Positions 40,016 to 54,212 of a stretch of DNA of 64,000 nucleotides are shown here, piece by piece (within the stretch, counting starts at the first letter, position 1; each line of letters opens with the position of its first letter). The stretch is from Octopus sinensis (taxonomy: Eukaryota): contig NW_021833726.1 of assembly GCF_006345805.1 (NCBI RefSeq), positions 1,172 to 65,171 on the forward strand, in the 5' to 3' direction. The translations under genes were made by a program, and so were the position numbers. Below the pieces are notes generated by a model. The model searched no databases and had not been told where the DNA came from. It saw only the letters and a program-made list of their open reading frames with translations.

Positions 40016-40898
40016 TATGAGGAGGTACCCCAAATCAACCGGAAATGTTCTCTGTGGGACAAGCCAGTTGTAGTTCAGGCTTCCGCCGCTACATCCCACT
40101 TGATGCAACCCTCTGGCACCGTCTGCCGACCGGCGTTGTCGGCTGGAGTCCTACTGTCACGTGGTGCGTCTGTACTTCTCTCATATTCGTCGATTTTTGT
40201 GATGGTTGAAATGGAGTAGTAGTTGCTTCTGTGAAATTCTGTTTTCTGCTGAGGAAAACGGTAGCTGAAACAGTTGTCATGCTCCTAACAACTAACAAGG
40301 ATGCTGCCATGAGCAAAACACAAGTTTATGCGTGGTTTTCACACTTTAGGAATGGTCACTTGTCAGTTGAAGACCAACTTTGTTCAACGTGTCTGTCGAC
40401 TTCCTGAACGAATAAAAACATCATGGAAATTCATGAAGTGATCTTGGAGGACCATCACCGAACAATTGACGAACTTGTTGATATGACTGATGTGTCTTGG
40501 AGCTCCTGCCAATGAATTTTGAGCGAGGAATTGCAAATGAAAAGAGTTGCAGCAAAATGTGTGCCTTGCTTGCTCACAGAAGATCAAAAGCAATCATGAG
40601 TGTATTGTGAACTGAAAGAACAGTTAGAAGTTGATGCAGACCTTTTTCAAAGGTCATCGCTGGTGATGAAAGCTGGTGCTACGGAATATGCAGATGTGGA
40701 AGAGGTGAAGAAAAAAATGACGGAGGCGTTAAAAGGCGCAAGAGTTCCGGTAATGCTTCGAACAGTGGCAAACATGCCTGGACTGATGCATTGCTTCAAA
40801 TGAAGACTACTTTGAAGGCGATAAAAGTGTAAACGTGTAAAACTAAGGGAATAAAATTATATTGCAAAATTCCAGTTTCTTTTGGGTACCCAGTCGTA
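40016..40898 (+). mobile_element. Internally deleted mariner element with both TIRs
   Basis: TIRs tatgaggaggtaccccaaatcaaccggaa / ttccagtttcttttgggtacccagtcgta; KTQVYAWFSHFRNG, KRVAAKCVPCLLTEDQK, GDESWCYG, EDYFEGD. Confidence 0.88.
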
Positions 40899-42390
40899 AT
40901 GCTAAGGAAAGCAGTTGAATAACATAAGAATTCCATTGAAAATTTACTCCTTACAAAACTGCAAATGTAAAACGGTTCTTCAGTAACCACAGGATCCTAA
41001 CATTATATAGATAAACATACTCCAATATATGCCTGTATATATGCATATGTACATACAAATACACACACACAAATACATACTCACACACTCATTCATATAT
41101 ATATATATATATATAAATATGCGTATACACACATATTTTATTTATATTTTATATACCTGTTTATATATATATATATGCAATTGCCAGGTAATATTACGTT
41201 TGATGACGTGAGAAAATAGCTACATACAAATGGTGCTCAGATTGAGTTCCTGTCTAAACTCTAGCTTAAACTGTAACTATAAATGCAGGAATATTATTGT
41301 TGCCTAATGAAGATTTGTCATAAGCCGGTTCCAGTCGTACTGGTACAGTGTATAATAGACTGAATTTCTAAACAGGTAAACCGCTGGCGTCAGGTAAAAT
41401 GATGTAACATAAGAGCAGAAATGAATGTCACAAATGTTTAGAGCATGAGATCAATCAAAGATCAGTTGGGGAATGCTCATAATGATTGTAGAATATATGT
41501 TCTGGTATGTTCCTGGAACAGTAAATCTGTATTATTGATATTAGATAATAGGTTAGACGAAATCAAGAAATAAGATGTGAAGGAATTCCCTTACAGCTGT
41601 TTCTAGAATTGATGCACAATTGGTACAGTTCTCTGTAAGCAGTCCGCACTCAACTTTAAAGTGTCAATTTATTCTATTTTCGAATGAGAAGATGGAAGAA
41701 TTGGATTCTACTTATAATGACCTGCTTTAACCTATTATCTAATATCAATAATACAAACTTACCTTATAACAGTTCCGGGAAAATACCAGTGCATAACACA
41801 AACATTATGAACATTCTTCAACTAACCTTTTATTGATTCAATTCGCCCCTCAAGTTTTGTCAGTATACAAATACATGAATGTTATAATCTGATACGAAAC
41901 TAGTTGTTTGGCTTTCGATATCTTTATTCTATTTGTATGTACATACTTGTCCATGCATGTGTATTCAGAGTGATTCAGAAGTAAGTTCAGCAATTAAATG
42001 GTGAGCAAATTTTAATTTTCATTTGTAGCAATTTTGGTTCTATATATTTTAAATACTGTCTTTACTATTTTGCTTACGACACATTTTAGAAAGAGGATGA
42101 GAGAATAGTCCTAGGCCTAAAATGGCAAAACATAGTGGTTATTCTGTTCAGTTGTCTTTGTGTATCTAGTTCAACTACACGCGGTAGCAGAGGGGGTTGC
42201 AAATTAGCTGTCCTGGAATCCCTGAATGCCGGCAGTCGGGCGTGGTTGGGAGTGTACTGGGAAAGTGGATGTCGGCTGTAGCGAGGAGATGAGACGTGTA
42301 GGAAGAATAAAGAGGAAGACAGACGAGGCGCGTATCAATAAATTCGACTGATCTCAAGTAAATTCAGGCATTGGCCGGTTTGTATTAATG

Positions 42391-42413
42391 TTAAACTTTT
42401 GAGTCACCCTGTG
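42391..42413 (-). mobile_element. Tc1/mariner TIR remnant
   Basis: cagggtgactcaaaag-like terminus next to (ATAC)n. Confidence 0.35.
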
Positions 42414-42441
42414 TATACATACATACATACATACATACATA

Positions 42442-42494
<53 letters not shown>

Positions 42495-43643
42495 AACACG
42501 CACACATACATGCACAGATACATATATACATACACACGCACGTGTGCACACACACACACACAAACATATCGACGATTTCCTACTTCAACACCTTCATTGG
42601 TGCATGTGTGTGTGTGTGTATGCGCAAAAGAGACACGCTCGCGAAGGTACGAACATACAGCTGCAGCTATTCAGCCACACAATGGACAACGCAATCAATA
42701 AAGTCTTAAACGCAACACCCAACCAACACCACACACACCTACGTCCATCGCACAACTTAGGTACTCAAATATGCTTCAATGAGGTCCATTTGAAAATGTT
42801 CTTTCACTTAAAACCAAACTAAAACCGATAAGCCCCATATGTATAATTAGAAAATTTCATTTCCTATAATGTTCAATCTTCGGAAACTGATTCTCTGTCA
42901 TAATATATCTTTCAATATCATATTTATAATAACCAGCAATATAACGAAAAGTTCACTTCAGAAAACCTTTCTGTAACCATAGGAAAACTAATACATGTGC
43001 TGTGTACATTAATCCAACGAACCGTTTTAATGTATGAACAATTGAACATTTATCTGGTCAATACACGCTCCGGTGATGTACATAACACCTATACATATAT
43101 TTATATACACGTATGTACACATATACACGAGTATAACGTGATTTTTCTGAATCGCTTAACTATATTCCATATTTATCACGCAGAGTAATGTCCAGTTCTA
43201 GATACATCAACTGTTTGTTACGCATTTAGTGGCATTATGTGTCAGATTAAGATCAGTCGGAATGTGTTGCATTCGAACGCATATATGTTTCAAATATCCT
43301 GCAGTTGGGTTCCTTTTTCTAATTTTACCACACAGCTGAATTCTCTCGAGGAAGCTTAATAAAGACAACAGTGAAATACGAGTAATTTACGATCAATTTT
43401 GCTCAAACTTTCGAAACAACGATACGTCAGGAATCTACGTTGTGCTCACGAGCCGTGCAAGGAAGTCGTGAGTTCAGATTGTAGAATCAGTACCTGGGCT
43501 ACTGCGTACAAATGAGGTAAACTGAGTCTGTGATTTAACAAAATTTACAGTCCTAAGTAGTCTAACCTAGCAATTCGTGATAGTCTGTTTCAAACTGTAT
43601 CTGTCAGAGTGTGTTGTATTCAACATAAATGTAGAATACTGCA

Positions 43644-43870
43644 CTCTCTCCTCTAACCTCTCCCTCTCCTCTCACCTCCCTCTCTCATCACACCTCTCTC
43701 TCTCCTCTCTCATCTCACTCTCTCCTATCACCTCTCTCTCCTCTCATCTCTCTCTCTCCTCTTACCTCTCTCTCTCCTCTTACCTCTCTCTCTCCTCTTA
43801 CCTCTCTCTCTCCTCTTACCTCTCTCTCCCCTCTCACCTCGCTTTCTCTCTCTCTTGCTCTCTCTCTTTA
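43644..43870. repeat. CT-rich tract with an 18-bp higher-order unit (tctcctcttacctctctc x4)
   Basis: Direct reading. Confidence 0.85.
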
Positions 43871-44232
43871 AACACACACACGCAAACACACGTACACGAT
43901 CATACACACTCACACTCATGTAAAGCCATTTGGCAGATTCGGATAGATTGCATCGCTTTATTCATCCCACTTCATTGCACTCTGAGTTCAAAATACAACC
44001 GAGAACAACTTTGCTTTTAAACCTTTCCGAAACAATAAAGTAACATTTGATGACCCAGCGTGTTTCTTACCTTTCTGATTCTCTCACCAATGCTGGAAGG
44101 AATTGGCAGTATTCAAATCCAGGAAGAACTGACCACCGCCCCAGAATCCAATCCCCTCTCTAGATATGCCATGTATCAAGACGTGATAGCGGACCAACGC
44201 TTCCATCTGGAACTGAGGAGATATGACATGCC

Positions 44233-44233
<1 letters not shown>

Positions 44234-44263
<30 letters not shown>

Positions 44264-44461
44264 CATACATACATACATACAAACATACAAACATACAAAC
44301 ATACAAACATACATACATGCATACATACATACATACATACATGCATACATATATACATGCATACATACATACATACATACATACATGCATGCATGCATAC
44401 ATACATATATACATACATACATGCATACATACATACATACATACATACATACATACATACA

Positions 44462-44494
<33 letters not shown>

Positions 44495-45360
44495 GCATGC
44501 ATACATACATACATACAAACATACAAACATACATACATACATACATACATACATACATACATACATACACACTCACAAATACATACATACATACATACAT
44601 GAACATACATACATACATACATACACACTCACAAATACATACACACACATACATAAATACATACATACATACATAAATACATATATACATACATACATAC
44701 ACACATACATACATACGTACATACACACGCACATATGTACATACATACATACATACATATGTACGTACATACATACATATATACATAAATACATACATAC
44801 ACAAATACATACATACATACATAATACATACATACATACACAAATACATAATACATACATACATACATACACACATACATACATACATACATACATGCAC
44901 ATACATACATACATACATACATACACAAATACATACATACATACATACATACATACATACACATACATACATACATACATACATACATACATACATACAT
45001 ACATACATACATACATACATACATAAATACATACACACACATACATACATACATACATACATACATACATACATACATACATACATACATACATACATAC
45101 ATACATACATACATACATAAATACATACACATACATACATACATACACATACATACATACATACATACATACATACATACACATACATACATACATACAT
45201 ACATACATACATACATACATACATACATACATAAATACATACATACATGCACATACACACATACATACACACACACATACATAAATACATACATACACAC
45301 ATACATACATACATACATACATAAATACATACATACATACATACATACATACATACATAC
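44234..45360. repeat. ~1.1 kb (ATAC)n array
   Basis: Direct reading; source of the spurious MYVC/HTYI ORFs. Confidence 0.97.
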
Positions 45361-47143
45361 TCTGTTTTTGATGTTGAAATTCCAATGAAGGGGCCTTGGA
45401 TCTAGATTAGGCAGTGATTCTCTCTGTTAGCAAGAAATTTTGAAATAAACCTGAACAATGACATATATACACCGGAATAAACACACAGGCATATACATAC
45501 ATACCCATACATACACACAAACATACATACATACACACATACATATACATAAACACAAACAAACATACATACAAGCATACAAGCATACAAACATACATAT
45601 ATACACTCATATGCATACGTCTATGCATGCGGGCATACATACATACGTATAAATACATATATGCATACACACATACCTACATACATGCATACATACATAC
45701 AAGCACACATACATACGTACATACATACACACATATATATGCATTTATATACATACACATACATACAAACTTATCCATACACACTCACGTACACACTTAT
45801 CCATACACACACATACACATACGTACAAAGAAGCGAAAGAGCGTTCATGTATAATTACAAGGTGTGCGTAATACAAAATGTCGGGTAGTAAGAAATGAAC
45901 TGAAGTCCAAATTTCGATGATGGCATTGTTGGTCTTATCTGTAACATGATTGGGTAGCTGTGGATTAACAACGTCCATACATTTGAAAGTAAACTCGTGA
46001 TCTGACTGGTTGTTGAAAAGCTGCACAATTATTATTGCTATAAAATGTAGTTACGAATAAAAAAAAAGAGAAGAAAAAATAAAATAAGCAAATGACAATA
46101 GAAAGATTGGAAAATAAAAAGTAAAACATGAAGAAATTAGAGGAAAGATAAAAAAAAAAAACACCCATTAGGACACGAAAGAAACTCTTGGAGTTTTCAT
46201 GCAGTGAATTGACTAGCAAGCTCGTTTGCTATGTTGCACTGGGGAAACAGAATTGATTTCCTTCTTTCAAGATGTTGCATGAACACAATTGATGATGGAT
46301 AACTAATCAAGGAACGCTATTAATCCTCTCAAATATGAAACTTTGTTAAACTTCAATATTTAGTTGTTTGGAAAACATGCAAACTTAAACCAAAAAATAT
46401 ATAATCATGCAACTGACCCCGTCTCTCTGAAATCACAGGTCATCTACCAACATTCATTATTGCTATTTTCTTAATTTTTACTGTGAAATTATTATTATCA
46501 AGTTTCTAAGTGTAGTACAGTTAGTAACGCACTGAGCAGAAATTAGTTTCGCTGGTTAAAGACCAAAAGTAAATCTTGCTATTTAGCTGCGATCTTGGAT
46601 TTTATCCCGCCGTTGGTCAGCAACAAATATTTACTATATTCAGTTTAATATACTAAAGTTGCTCCAACACATCATGTATGTCGGTATGTGTGTGTGTGTG
46701 TGTACAAATTATAAGTAAACAGAAACTCAGACTCGGTCAACGGGTCACCAACTGACCGGGCTGCACCAAAATTCATGTAGCCTAGTTGGCAAAGACGACA
46801 ATGACGGTCCTTTTTTCGCTTAGTATATGCTATACAATATATATATATATAGTATATGCTATATATATACTATATATTATATAATTTAGTATATACTATA
46901 TAATTTAGTATATACTATGTAGTATTAAAAGGTAAAATTCTAGAAGTATGATATATATACAGTACACACACATTTTCTATTATCTAAAAATGTTGCTTTT
47001 TCCGAAAACGAAAAGATAGTTTCACCATTCCATAGTAAAACCATCGTACTACACTTTGACCTCTGATATCCTGACATCTGAAGCAGCTAGAGATACGATC
47101 GTTTCAATTGACCCAAACACACACAACCTCATATATATGTATA

Positions 47144-47209
<66 letters not shown>

Positions 47210-47545
47210 AGAAAATGGAGAAATAGGTTTCTATCAATCATTAAATACTAGATAAAACCAATTCTTATAATTTATTAACTGACTTTATATAAAACAGTTA
47301 ATAAATTATATGAATTGGTTTATCTAGTAGCTGATGATTGATAGAAATCTATTCTCCATTTTCTTATTTTGTATTATGAATTTGAGGTAAAACATTTTAC
47401 CTTCGCCCATATAATACAATAAATGAATTTATTGCATTGCAATTTTTAGCATTTATGTATTAGCCTCTCTGGGTACTTTACTGGCAGTATATTGGATAAA
47501 TCATATCCCATAGTGGGTTACACTCATAACCCCTATCTCACTTGG

Positions 47546-47638
<93 letters not shown>

Positions 47639-47743
47639 CGTTGTTATTATGTTAAACTGTCGTATTTTCAAATTGGCCAAATGCATTATTTTCAATATTC
47701 ATTTTTCCTTGCAATAGCCGGTTCATTTGGTCAAACTATATGG

Positions 47744-47797
<54 letters not shown>

Positions 47798-48272
47798 AAT
47801 TTTGCAATTAAGGACAACTACTTAATAAGGAAAACTTAACAAGAAATTGTCAGGTAGATAGCGTAAAAAACCTCAGAGAGAAAAAATTTCGAAAATAATT
47901 TTCTTATTGAACATATTAATTTATATATAGAGGGCATAATTATACATACATGCCAGGAGGCATTATATATACTGCCAAACGCTAAGAGGACAATCAGTCA
48001 TTTCTACCAAAAATATTACTAATCCCACCTCTCTTATGAGGTTTTTACGCTATCTACCTGACAATTTCTTGTTAAGTTTCCCTATTAAGTAGTTGTCCTT
48101 AATTGCAAAATTTTATTCCGAAAAAACTTTCCTCTCCCGAAATGCAATTTTGTAAAAGTTTGCCATTCACCCGATGTAATATATATAAACTCACCCATGT
48201 GCTTCGTTGATGTTGATCAGTTAGCTGTTCGGCTTAAGCGAGGCAGGGTCGTTGTTTATTTATAATACATTC

Positions 48273-48319
48273 AGGCTGCTGATGATTACGTAAGTATGAA
48301 ATCACTGTGATACAGGCCT
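48273..48319 (+). ncRNA. Minimal type-I hammerhead motif, tandem unit 1
   Basis: AGGCUG-CUGAUGA-U-UAC(GUAA)GUA-U-GAA-AUCAC(U)GUGAU-A-CAGGCCU. Confidence 0.85.
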
Positions 48320-48751
48320 ATATATTTTTAAATGTCTTACTTTGAAAAATTGCATTCGGTGGGATTAGTAATATTTTGGGGTAGAAATGACTGATTGTCC
48401 CTCTTAGCGTTTGGCAGGTATATAATTCCTCCTGGCATGTATGTATAATTATGCCCTCTATATATAAATTAATATGTTCAATAAGAATAATTATTTTCGA
48501 AATTTTTTCTCTTATGAGGTTTTTACGCTATCTACTGACAATTTCTTGTTAAGTTTTCCTTATTAAGTAGTTGTCCTTAATTGCAAAATTTTATTCCGAA
48601 AAAACTTTCCTCTCCCGAAATGCAATTTTGTAAAAGTTTGCCATTCACCCGGATGTAATATATATAAACTCACCCATGTGCTTCGTTGATGTTGATCAGT
48701 TAGCTGTTCGGCTTAAGCGAGGCAGGGTCGTTGTTTATTTATAATACATTC

Positions 48752-48798
48752 AGGCCTGCTGATGATACGTAAGTATGAAATCACTGTGATACAGGCCT
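48752..48798 (+). ncRNA. Minimal type-I hammerhead motif, tandem unit 2
   Basis: AGGCCUG-CUGAUGA-UAC(GUAA)GUA-U-GAA-AUCAC(U)GUGAU-A-CAGGCCU; perfect 7-bp helix I. Confidence 0.88.
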
Positions 48799-49049
48799 AT
48801 ATATTTTTAAATGTCTTACTTTGAAAAATTGCATTCGGTGGGATTAGTAATATTTTTGGTAGAAATGACTGATTGTCCCTCTTAGCGTTTGGCAGGTATA
48901 TATAATGCCTCCTGGCATGTATGTATAATTATGCCCTCTATATATAAATATATATATATATATATATAAATATATACACACACATATATGTATAGTAGAA
49001 AGATGAATAAACAAGACAACACGGAGGAAGAAAACAATCGCCACAATCC

Positions 49050-49236
49050 TTTCTCTATTACAAGCTCACGTGATGAAATTTGGTGGGAGTGGTGCTGGTC
49101 GATTACATCAACTGGTATTTCTTTCATCGACTCAAAATGGATGAAAGACAAAGTTGACTTCAGCGAAATTTGAACTTAGAAGACAAAGTCGGAAAAAAAC
49201 CGTGTGTCCGGCGTGCCAACGATTCCGGAGGCCTTA
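49050..49236 (-). mobile_element. SINE
   Basis: ggatgaaagacaaagttgacttcagcgaaatttgaact. Confidence 0.65.
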
Positions 49237-49299
49237 ATAAATGACATATGACATAATATATTATGACATTCTATTCTCTTATATTATATTACAATTGTC

Positions 49300-49440
49300 A
49301 CCCATTCCGCCGAGCTCGACTTAGACTTTCATCCTTTCGGAGTCGATAAAATAAGTACCAGTTGTGCAATGGCAGCGACTTAATCAAGTTACCCCTTCCT
49401 GAAATTGCAGGCCTTGTGCCAAAATTTAAGACCAATATTC
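49300..49440 (+). mobile_element. SINE 3' part
   Basis: ctttcatcctttcggagtcgataaaataagtaccag..ggccttgtgccaaaattt. Confidence 0.8.
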
Positions 49441-49628
49441 ATATGTCATCCGATCGAGAGGAATGAAATCGTTCACCAATGCACTCTGAACTCTCATCCA
49501 CCGATGCACCGTATCACAAGCCTGTCTTTTCTACTACTACTACAACCACTATAGCTAATTCCGCTGCTGCTGCTAGTGCCATTACTACTACTACTACTAC
49601 TACTACTACTATACTACTACTACTACTA

Positions 49629-49664
<36 letters not shown>

Positions 49665-50295
49665 AGTAGTAAAAACAACAGCGGTCTCTTCTTTTAGAAC
49701 ACATGATTCCTAAGCCACTTCAGCACAGTATCCTCTAATCCCTCGTCTCTCCTCTTCGCGACACCCATATCACTTCACCCATTGCATATCTGTCCATCAC
49801 TACACTCCGGCAATCCTCCACTGTCCGACCTCTATCCTGCCTGGGACGTTTTTTTTTTTCTGCAGTCATCAACTTGCAGCTGTTCAAAGGTAACTTTCAA
49901 CCGCTTAGGTATCGCCTTTCTCAGAATGCCCTTCTCGCAGACAGCTAACCAATAAAATGTTTCCAGGGCATTTCCAAGTGTGCAGATGTATTATGCTTTC
50001 ATTTTATTATCTCTTACAAAATGCAAATATATGGGGGGAAATGACAAAAATGATAAAAATGGCAAAAGCAGAACGCTGTAGACTTTTCAATACATGTTTA
50101 AAAGAAAAGCTTGCTATGTATTTATGTAACGTAATGTAATGTAGTGTATGCATGTATGTATGTGTGTATGGATGGATGGATGGATGGTTTGATGGATGGA
50201 TGGATGGGTGAATCTCTTCTCTTTCTAAATTATTGAAATTGTTCCTGAGGAAGGAGCTGGTTTCTAAAAATAGAATGTAGATAATGAAAATAATG

Positions 50296-50900
50296 TCACA
50301 TTTTGAACTTGAGAAAAGTCTTGCATAGTCTTACTGTTCTGCTTACACATAGTATTTGTAATGTGTGAGTTGGTTTGTTGATGTCTTTTTCTGAAAATCC
50401 AAGCTTATCCAGACTTACAGTTTGGCATTTACTTACAAAACCAAGTGTTCCAATTATTATTGGTATAAATATAAATTTGTGATCCGGATATAGAAGCTGA
50501 AGGTTTCGAAGCAGTTGTCCATAATTATCTCTTTTCTCTTTGGTTTTCAAAGAGGTTTTCACAGCAGCAGGACCGCTGACCTTTATGGCGGTACATGCTT
50601 TTTCTTGTCTGTCCCACAATAACCAGCTTGTTATCCTTACACTTGACATATGTTTTGATGAGAATGTTCGACCAGTATTCCTTGTGCTGATAGATGTGTA
50701 CGTATTCAACAACAGACGGATTCTCTATATCTATTCCAGAACAGTCTTTTACCCAAATGTCATTGTATATTGTTTTTGCGACAGCGTCATGTCGCATAGG
50801 GAGGTGGTACCTCGATGGCATTTTTGGACAGCTGCTAATCACACGTGTTATGTCTTACACAGAAATATGACAGAATCTACATTTACGGTTGTATCTTGGA
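50296..50900 (-). mobile_element. R4-clade element 3' end (knuckle remnant plus REL)
   Basis: ISSCPKM..RHDAVAKTIYN, EKRDNYGQLLRNLQLLYPDHKFIFIPIIIGTLG. Confidence 0.85.
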
Positions 50901-51235
50901 ACTCCAAGGACTTCATTGTTTCTTTTCTTTATGTATGTATGTATGCATTTATGTATGTTTGTATAAATGCATGTATGCATATATGTATATATGCATATGT
51001 ACCTGTATCTATATTTCTAACTATTTATCGATCAACCGTTCTATCAATTAACGCACACGCACGTATATATATATATATTATATATATATTATATATATAA
51101 TATATATGTAGGTCCCGGGTTGAGTCGGGGTTAACCACAGTAAATAAGGTACTCAATACATAGCAGAGTAAATTTATTTTATAGAAGGAGCTTCTACAGG
51201 ACTAGAACTGTTTCATTCAAAAGAAATCATCAGGA

Positions 51236-51286
51236 AGCTTCCTGATGATTTCTTTTGAATGAAACAGTTCTAGTCCTGTAGAAGCT
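51236..51286 (+). ncRNA. Type-I hammerhead motif (mirror copy on minus strand at 51189-51239)
   Basis: AGCUUC-CUGAUGA-U-UUC(UUUU)GAA-U-GAA-ACAG(UUCUAGUC)CUGU-A-GAAGCU, inside a perfect 128-bp palindrome. Confidence 0.82.
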
Positions 51287-51357
51287 CCTTCTATAAAATA
51301 ACTATATCTATAATATATATATATATATATATTATAATATATATATAATATATATAC

Positions 51358-51392
<35 letters not shown>

Positions 51393-51400
51393 CGTACGTA

Positions 51401-52500
51401 TACAGGCTGGCCAAAAATATATATACACACATTAACAGCTGATAATTCAATTTTCATTTCGTTTTAGGTTTAACCCAGTTGAAATAGTGAAGGAGCCAGA
51501 CTAAGCTTTGAAGAAAGGAAATTTTTCCAAAAGTACGACTGGAAGTTTGAAAAAGTAAACTAAGTGCTGAGAAGTTTGGAAAGGAATTTCAAAGAGACCT
51601 AACTGTTTACAATCCTACCGCTCGAATTAGAGATAGATTTGAAGCGGGTGGAACTGTTCAGAAAGTTCATAATAAACGTTTCGGGTGACTGCACACATCG
51701 ACTAACCTCACAAAGCAAAAAAAACATATTTTGTGCAGTAAACAAGTCACGAGACAAGAATTTCAAAATCAAACGTCCATTTCATTCCAAGTGACGTCAT
51801 TGGAAAAGGTACATTCATAGAATAATCCGTGTTCTTTGGAAAGAGGATCTGGACCGATGACCGAAGTCTTACGAGTAATACTTGGCAAGCTGTATAGAAA
51901 AAATCACATTTGATAACAAAGATTGTTTTGGTGTAAAAAGGCTTAAATTAAATGACTTGTTTTACCTCCACATTTGCACCCTCTGAGACCAGTGGACCTA
52001 TTATTTATGGAGGAATGTTCATGTTAATTTGCCAAGAGCTACAGTATGGTACGGCTTATAAAAAATAATTAATTGGACAATTAATTTGTTATATTACTCT
52101 CACCCCTCCCATTTACTGGAACTTAATGCGACAACCTGTCATGTCAAACATTTGAGAGAACTTTGATGTGGTGTTTTATTTCCATTAAGACAGGGCACCT
52201 CCATACTACCAGAGAAATATAAAGGCGTACATTGATGAAATTCTACCAAAAAGGTGGATCGAACGAAGGGGTTCAGCAGAAATAAACATCATCACGTTCA
52301 CTGGATCTCTCACAACTCAACTTTTTATGGTAATACTTAAAATTTAAATATTACGAACAAATCCGGCAAATGTCGACGAATCGAAGGAAATTATAGAAAA
52401 AGAATGCACACAAATATCAAACCAAATGCTTCCTGATGTTTGCCATCCCGTTGCTTCATGTTACCATCAGTGCTTGTTTGAAAACAGGCGTCCATATATG
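51401..52500 (+). mobile_element. Degenerate Tc1/mariner-superfamily transposase (DUF4817-type N-terminus)
   Basis: LSFEERKFF..WKFEK, VNLPRATVWYG, DRAPPYY..ILPKRWIERRG; starts TACAGG. Confidence 0.75.
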
Positions 52501-52574
52501 TATCAAGTTCTGTCTGTAGAGTCTTTAAAATGTTTGAAAATTAAATTTATTTTGACAAACACTGACTTCATAAT

Positions 52575-52925
52575 CCTTGGTAAGTAGCTTGCTTCGCAAC
52601 CACATGGTTCTGGGTTTAGTCCCATTGCGTGGCACCTTGGGCAAGTTGCTTCTACTTCAAAGTCTGTGAGAGGATTTGGTAGACGGAAACTGAAAGAAGC
52701 CCGTCGTATATATATGTGTGTTTGTCCTCCGCCCCTACCATCGCTTGACAACCGGTGTTGGTGTGTTTATGTCACCGTGAACTAGCGTTTCGGCAAAAAA
52801 TACCGATAGAATAAGTTATAGGGTATAGAGAAAGAACGTCCTGGGGTCTATTTGTTCGACTCAACCCCTAAAGGTGGTGCTCCAGCATTGCTGCAGTCAA
52901 ATGACTGAAACAAGTAAAATAATTA
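52575..52925 (+). mobile_element. OR2-like CORE SINE
   Basis: cacatggttctgggttta..gcaccttgggcaagt..agacggaaactgaaagaagcccgtcg..gcagtcaaatgactgaaacaagtaaa. Confidence 0.88.
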
Positions 52926-52953
52926 AAGAATATATATATGTTTGGAACACACT

Positions 52954-53000
<47 letters not shown>

Positions 53001-54178
53001 TGAGAGAGAAAGAGAGAGTGTGGTGTGTATGTGTGTGCATGCGTATGTATACATATACACATATGTGCCTATATATACACATATACAGACATACGTCACT
53101 GTCAACGCTTTCTTTGTAAAAGTTTAATAAACATTTACTCTACTAGAAGCATCGAGTAATCTTTCAGTTTAATGTTAAATTGTTTTTATTTATAACTTGA
53201 CATTAAAACAAACATTTACACACACATACACACATACAAAGGCATACCCATACTCGCATACACACACATATATCGTACACACACATAGAAATATAACTTG
53301 ATGATCGATCCCAGCTTCCAGCTTGTTAGTAATTACAAGTGATTATTTTATGAACTACTGGAAGGCGTAAAGTCGGAGTCGACGTAATATGACTGAAATA
53401 CCTTAAAATAGAAAAAATGCGTTCCATAATTAATGTTGGTTTTGGAAACGTTTGTTCGTGATATTATAAATTGGAACAATAAATTCAGCACCCTTAATTG
53501 TAAATGATTTGTTGATTTCTTCTAAAATCAATATTGTATCCATCTAGAAGCCTAATTAATCAGCTAGACGTATTTCTTTTAGCCACGTGTTTCGCTAAGC
53601 CGACGCCGTTTACCACAATCGTGTTTGAAATCTGCTTCTACGTTATATGAACTTTATGTCGTGAAACCGTTGCTAAAACAGTGGCTAAATAACTTCAAGT
53701 ATCTCCAACCTATTCAAACAAAGTAGCACACATAGCATAATGTAGTTATGGGTACACGTTAAGATGGGATGGTCGTGGACGGAATGGTCTTGATCAAAGT
53801 TCTGTTGGAAAAAAGTAAGATGAGGCTAAAGAGAAACATGACTTAGGCATAGAGAATAAACATCATATATATATCTTGTCAATGCTTCCGAAAGATGTTG
53901 GCACGTACATCATAGGTAATCCATAATATATTCATAATTGAATGAATCTCCGGTTGATCACGATATTAATTTAATACTTTCTCATGAAAAGGAAAGCTTC
54001 ATCCCATTATTTGGAAATATTTACAAGGTCATGGAAAGGTGCAACAAAATTTGGTCTTATTGTTCAATGATTAATTTCCTGAATATTACTTTCTATCATA
54101 TATACTTACACATACGCACACGCATACACATATACAAACACACATATGCATATATATATATATATAATATATATATAG

Positions 54179-54212
<34 letters not shown>

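Larger units (their letters stand above)
47797..48949 (+). mobile_element. Tandem ~479-bp hammerhead repeat with inverted 5' segment (pLTR or retrozyme-like)
   Basis: Units 48030-48507 and 48508-48949; 47797-48029 is the reverse complement of the unit junction (about 48358-48590); (TA)n on both flanks. Confidence 0.8.

Noticed and set aside
44071-44212. GC-richer island with a strong minus-strand donor (gaaag|gtaaga), considered as eag exon 1
   Set aside because: All three frames contain stops, the phase-1 frame has TGA just upstream, and there is no APQNTFL similarity. It could still be a non-coding exon.
44060-45385. Long ORFs (up to 396 aa, MYVC/HTYI repeats) and similar poly-I/Y/N/R ORFs across the window
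   Set aside because: They are translations of (ATAC)n, (AT)n, (AAT)n and other microsatellites that lack stop codons; there is no coding signal.
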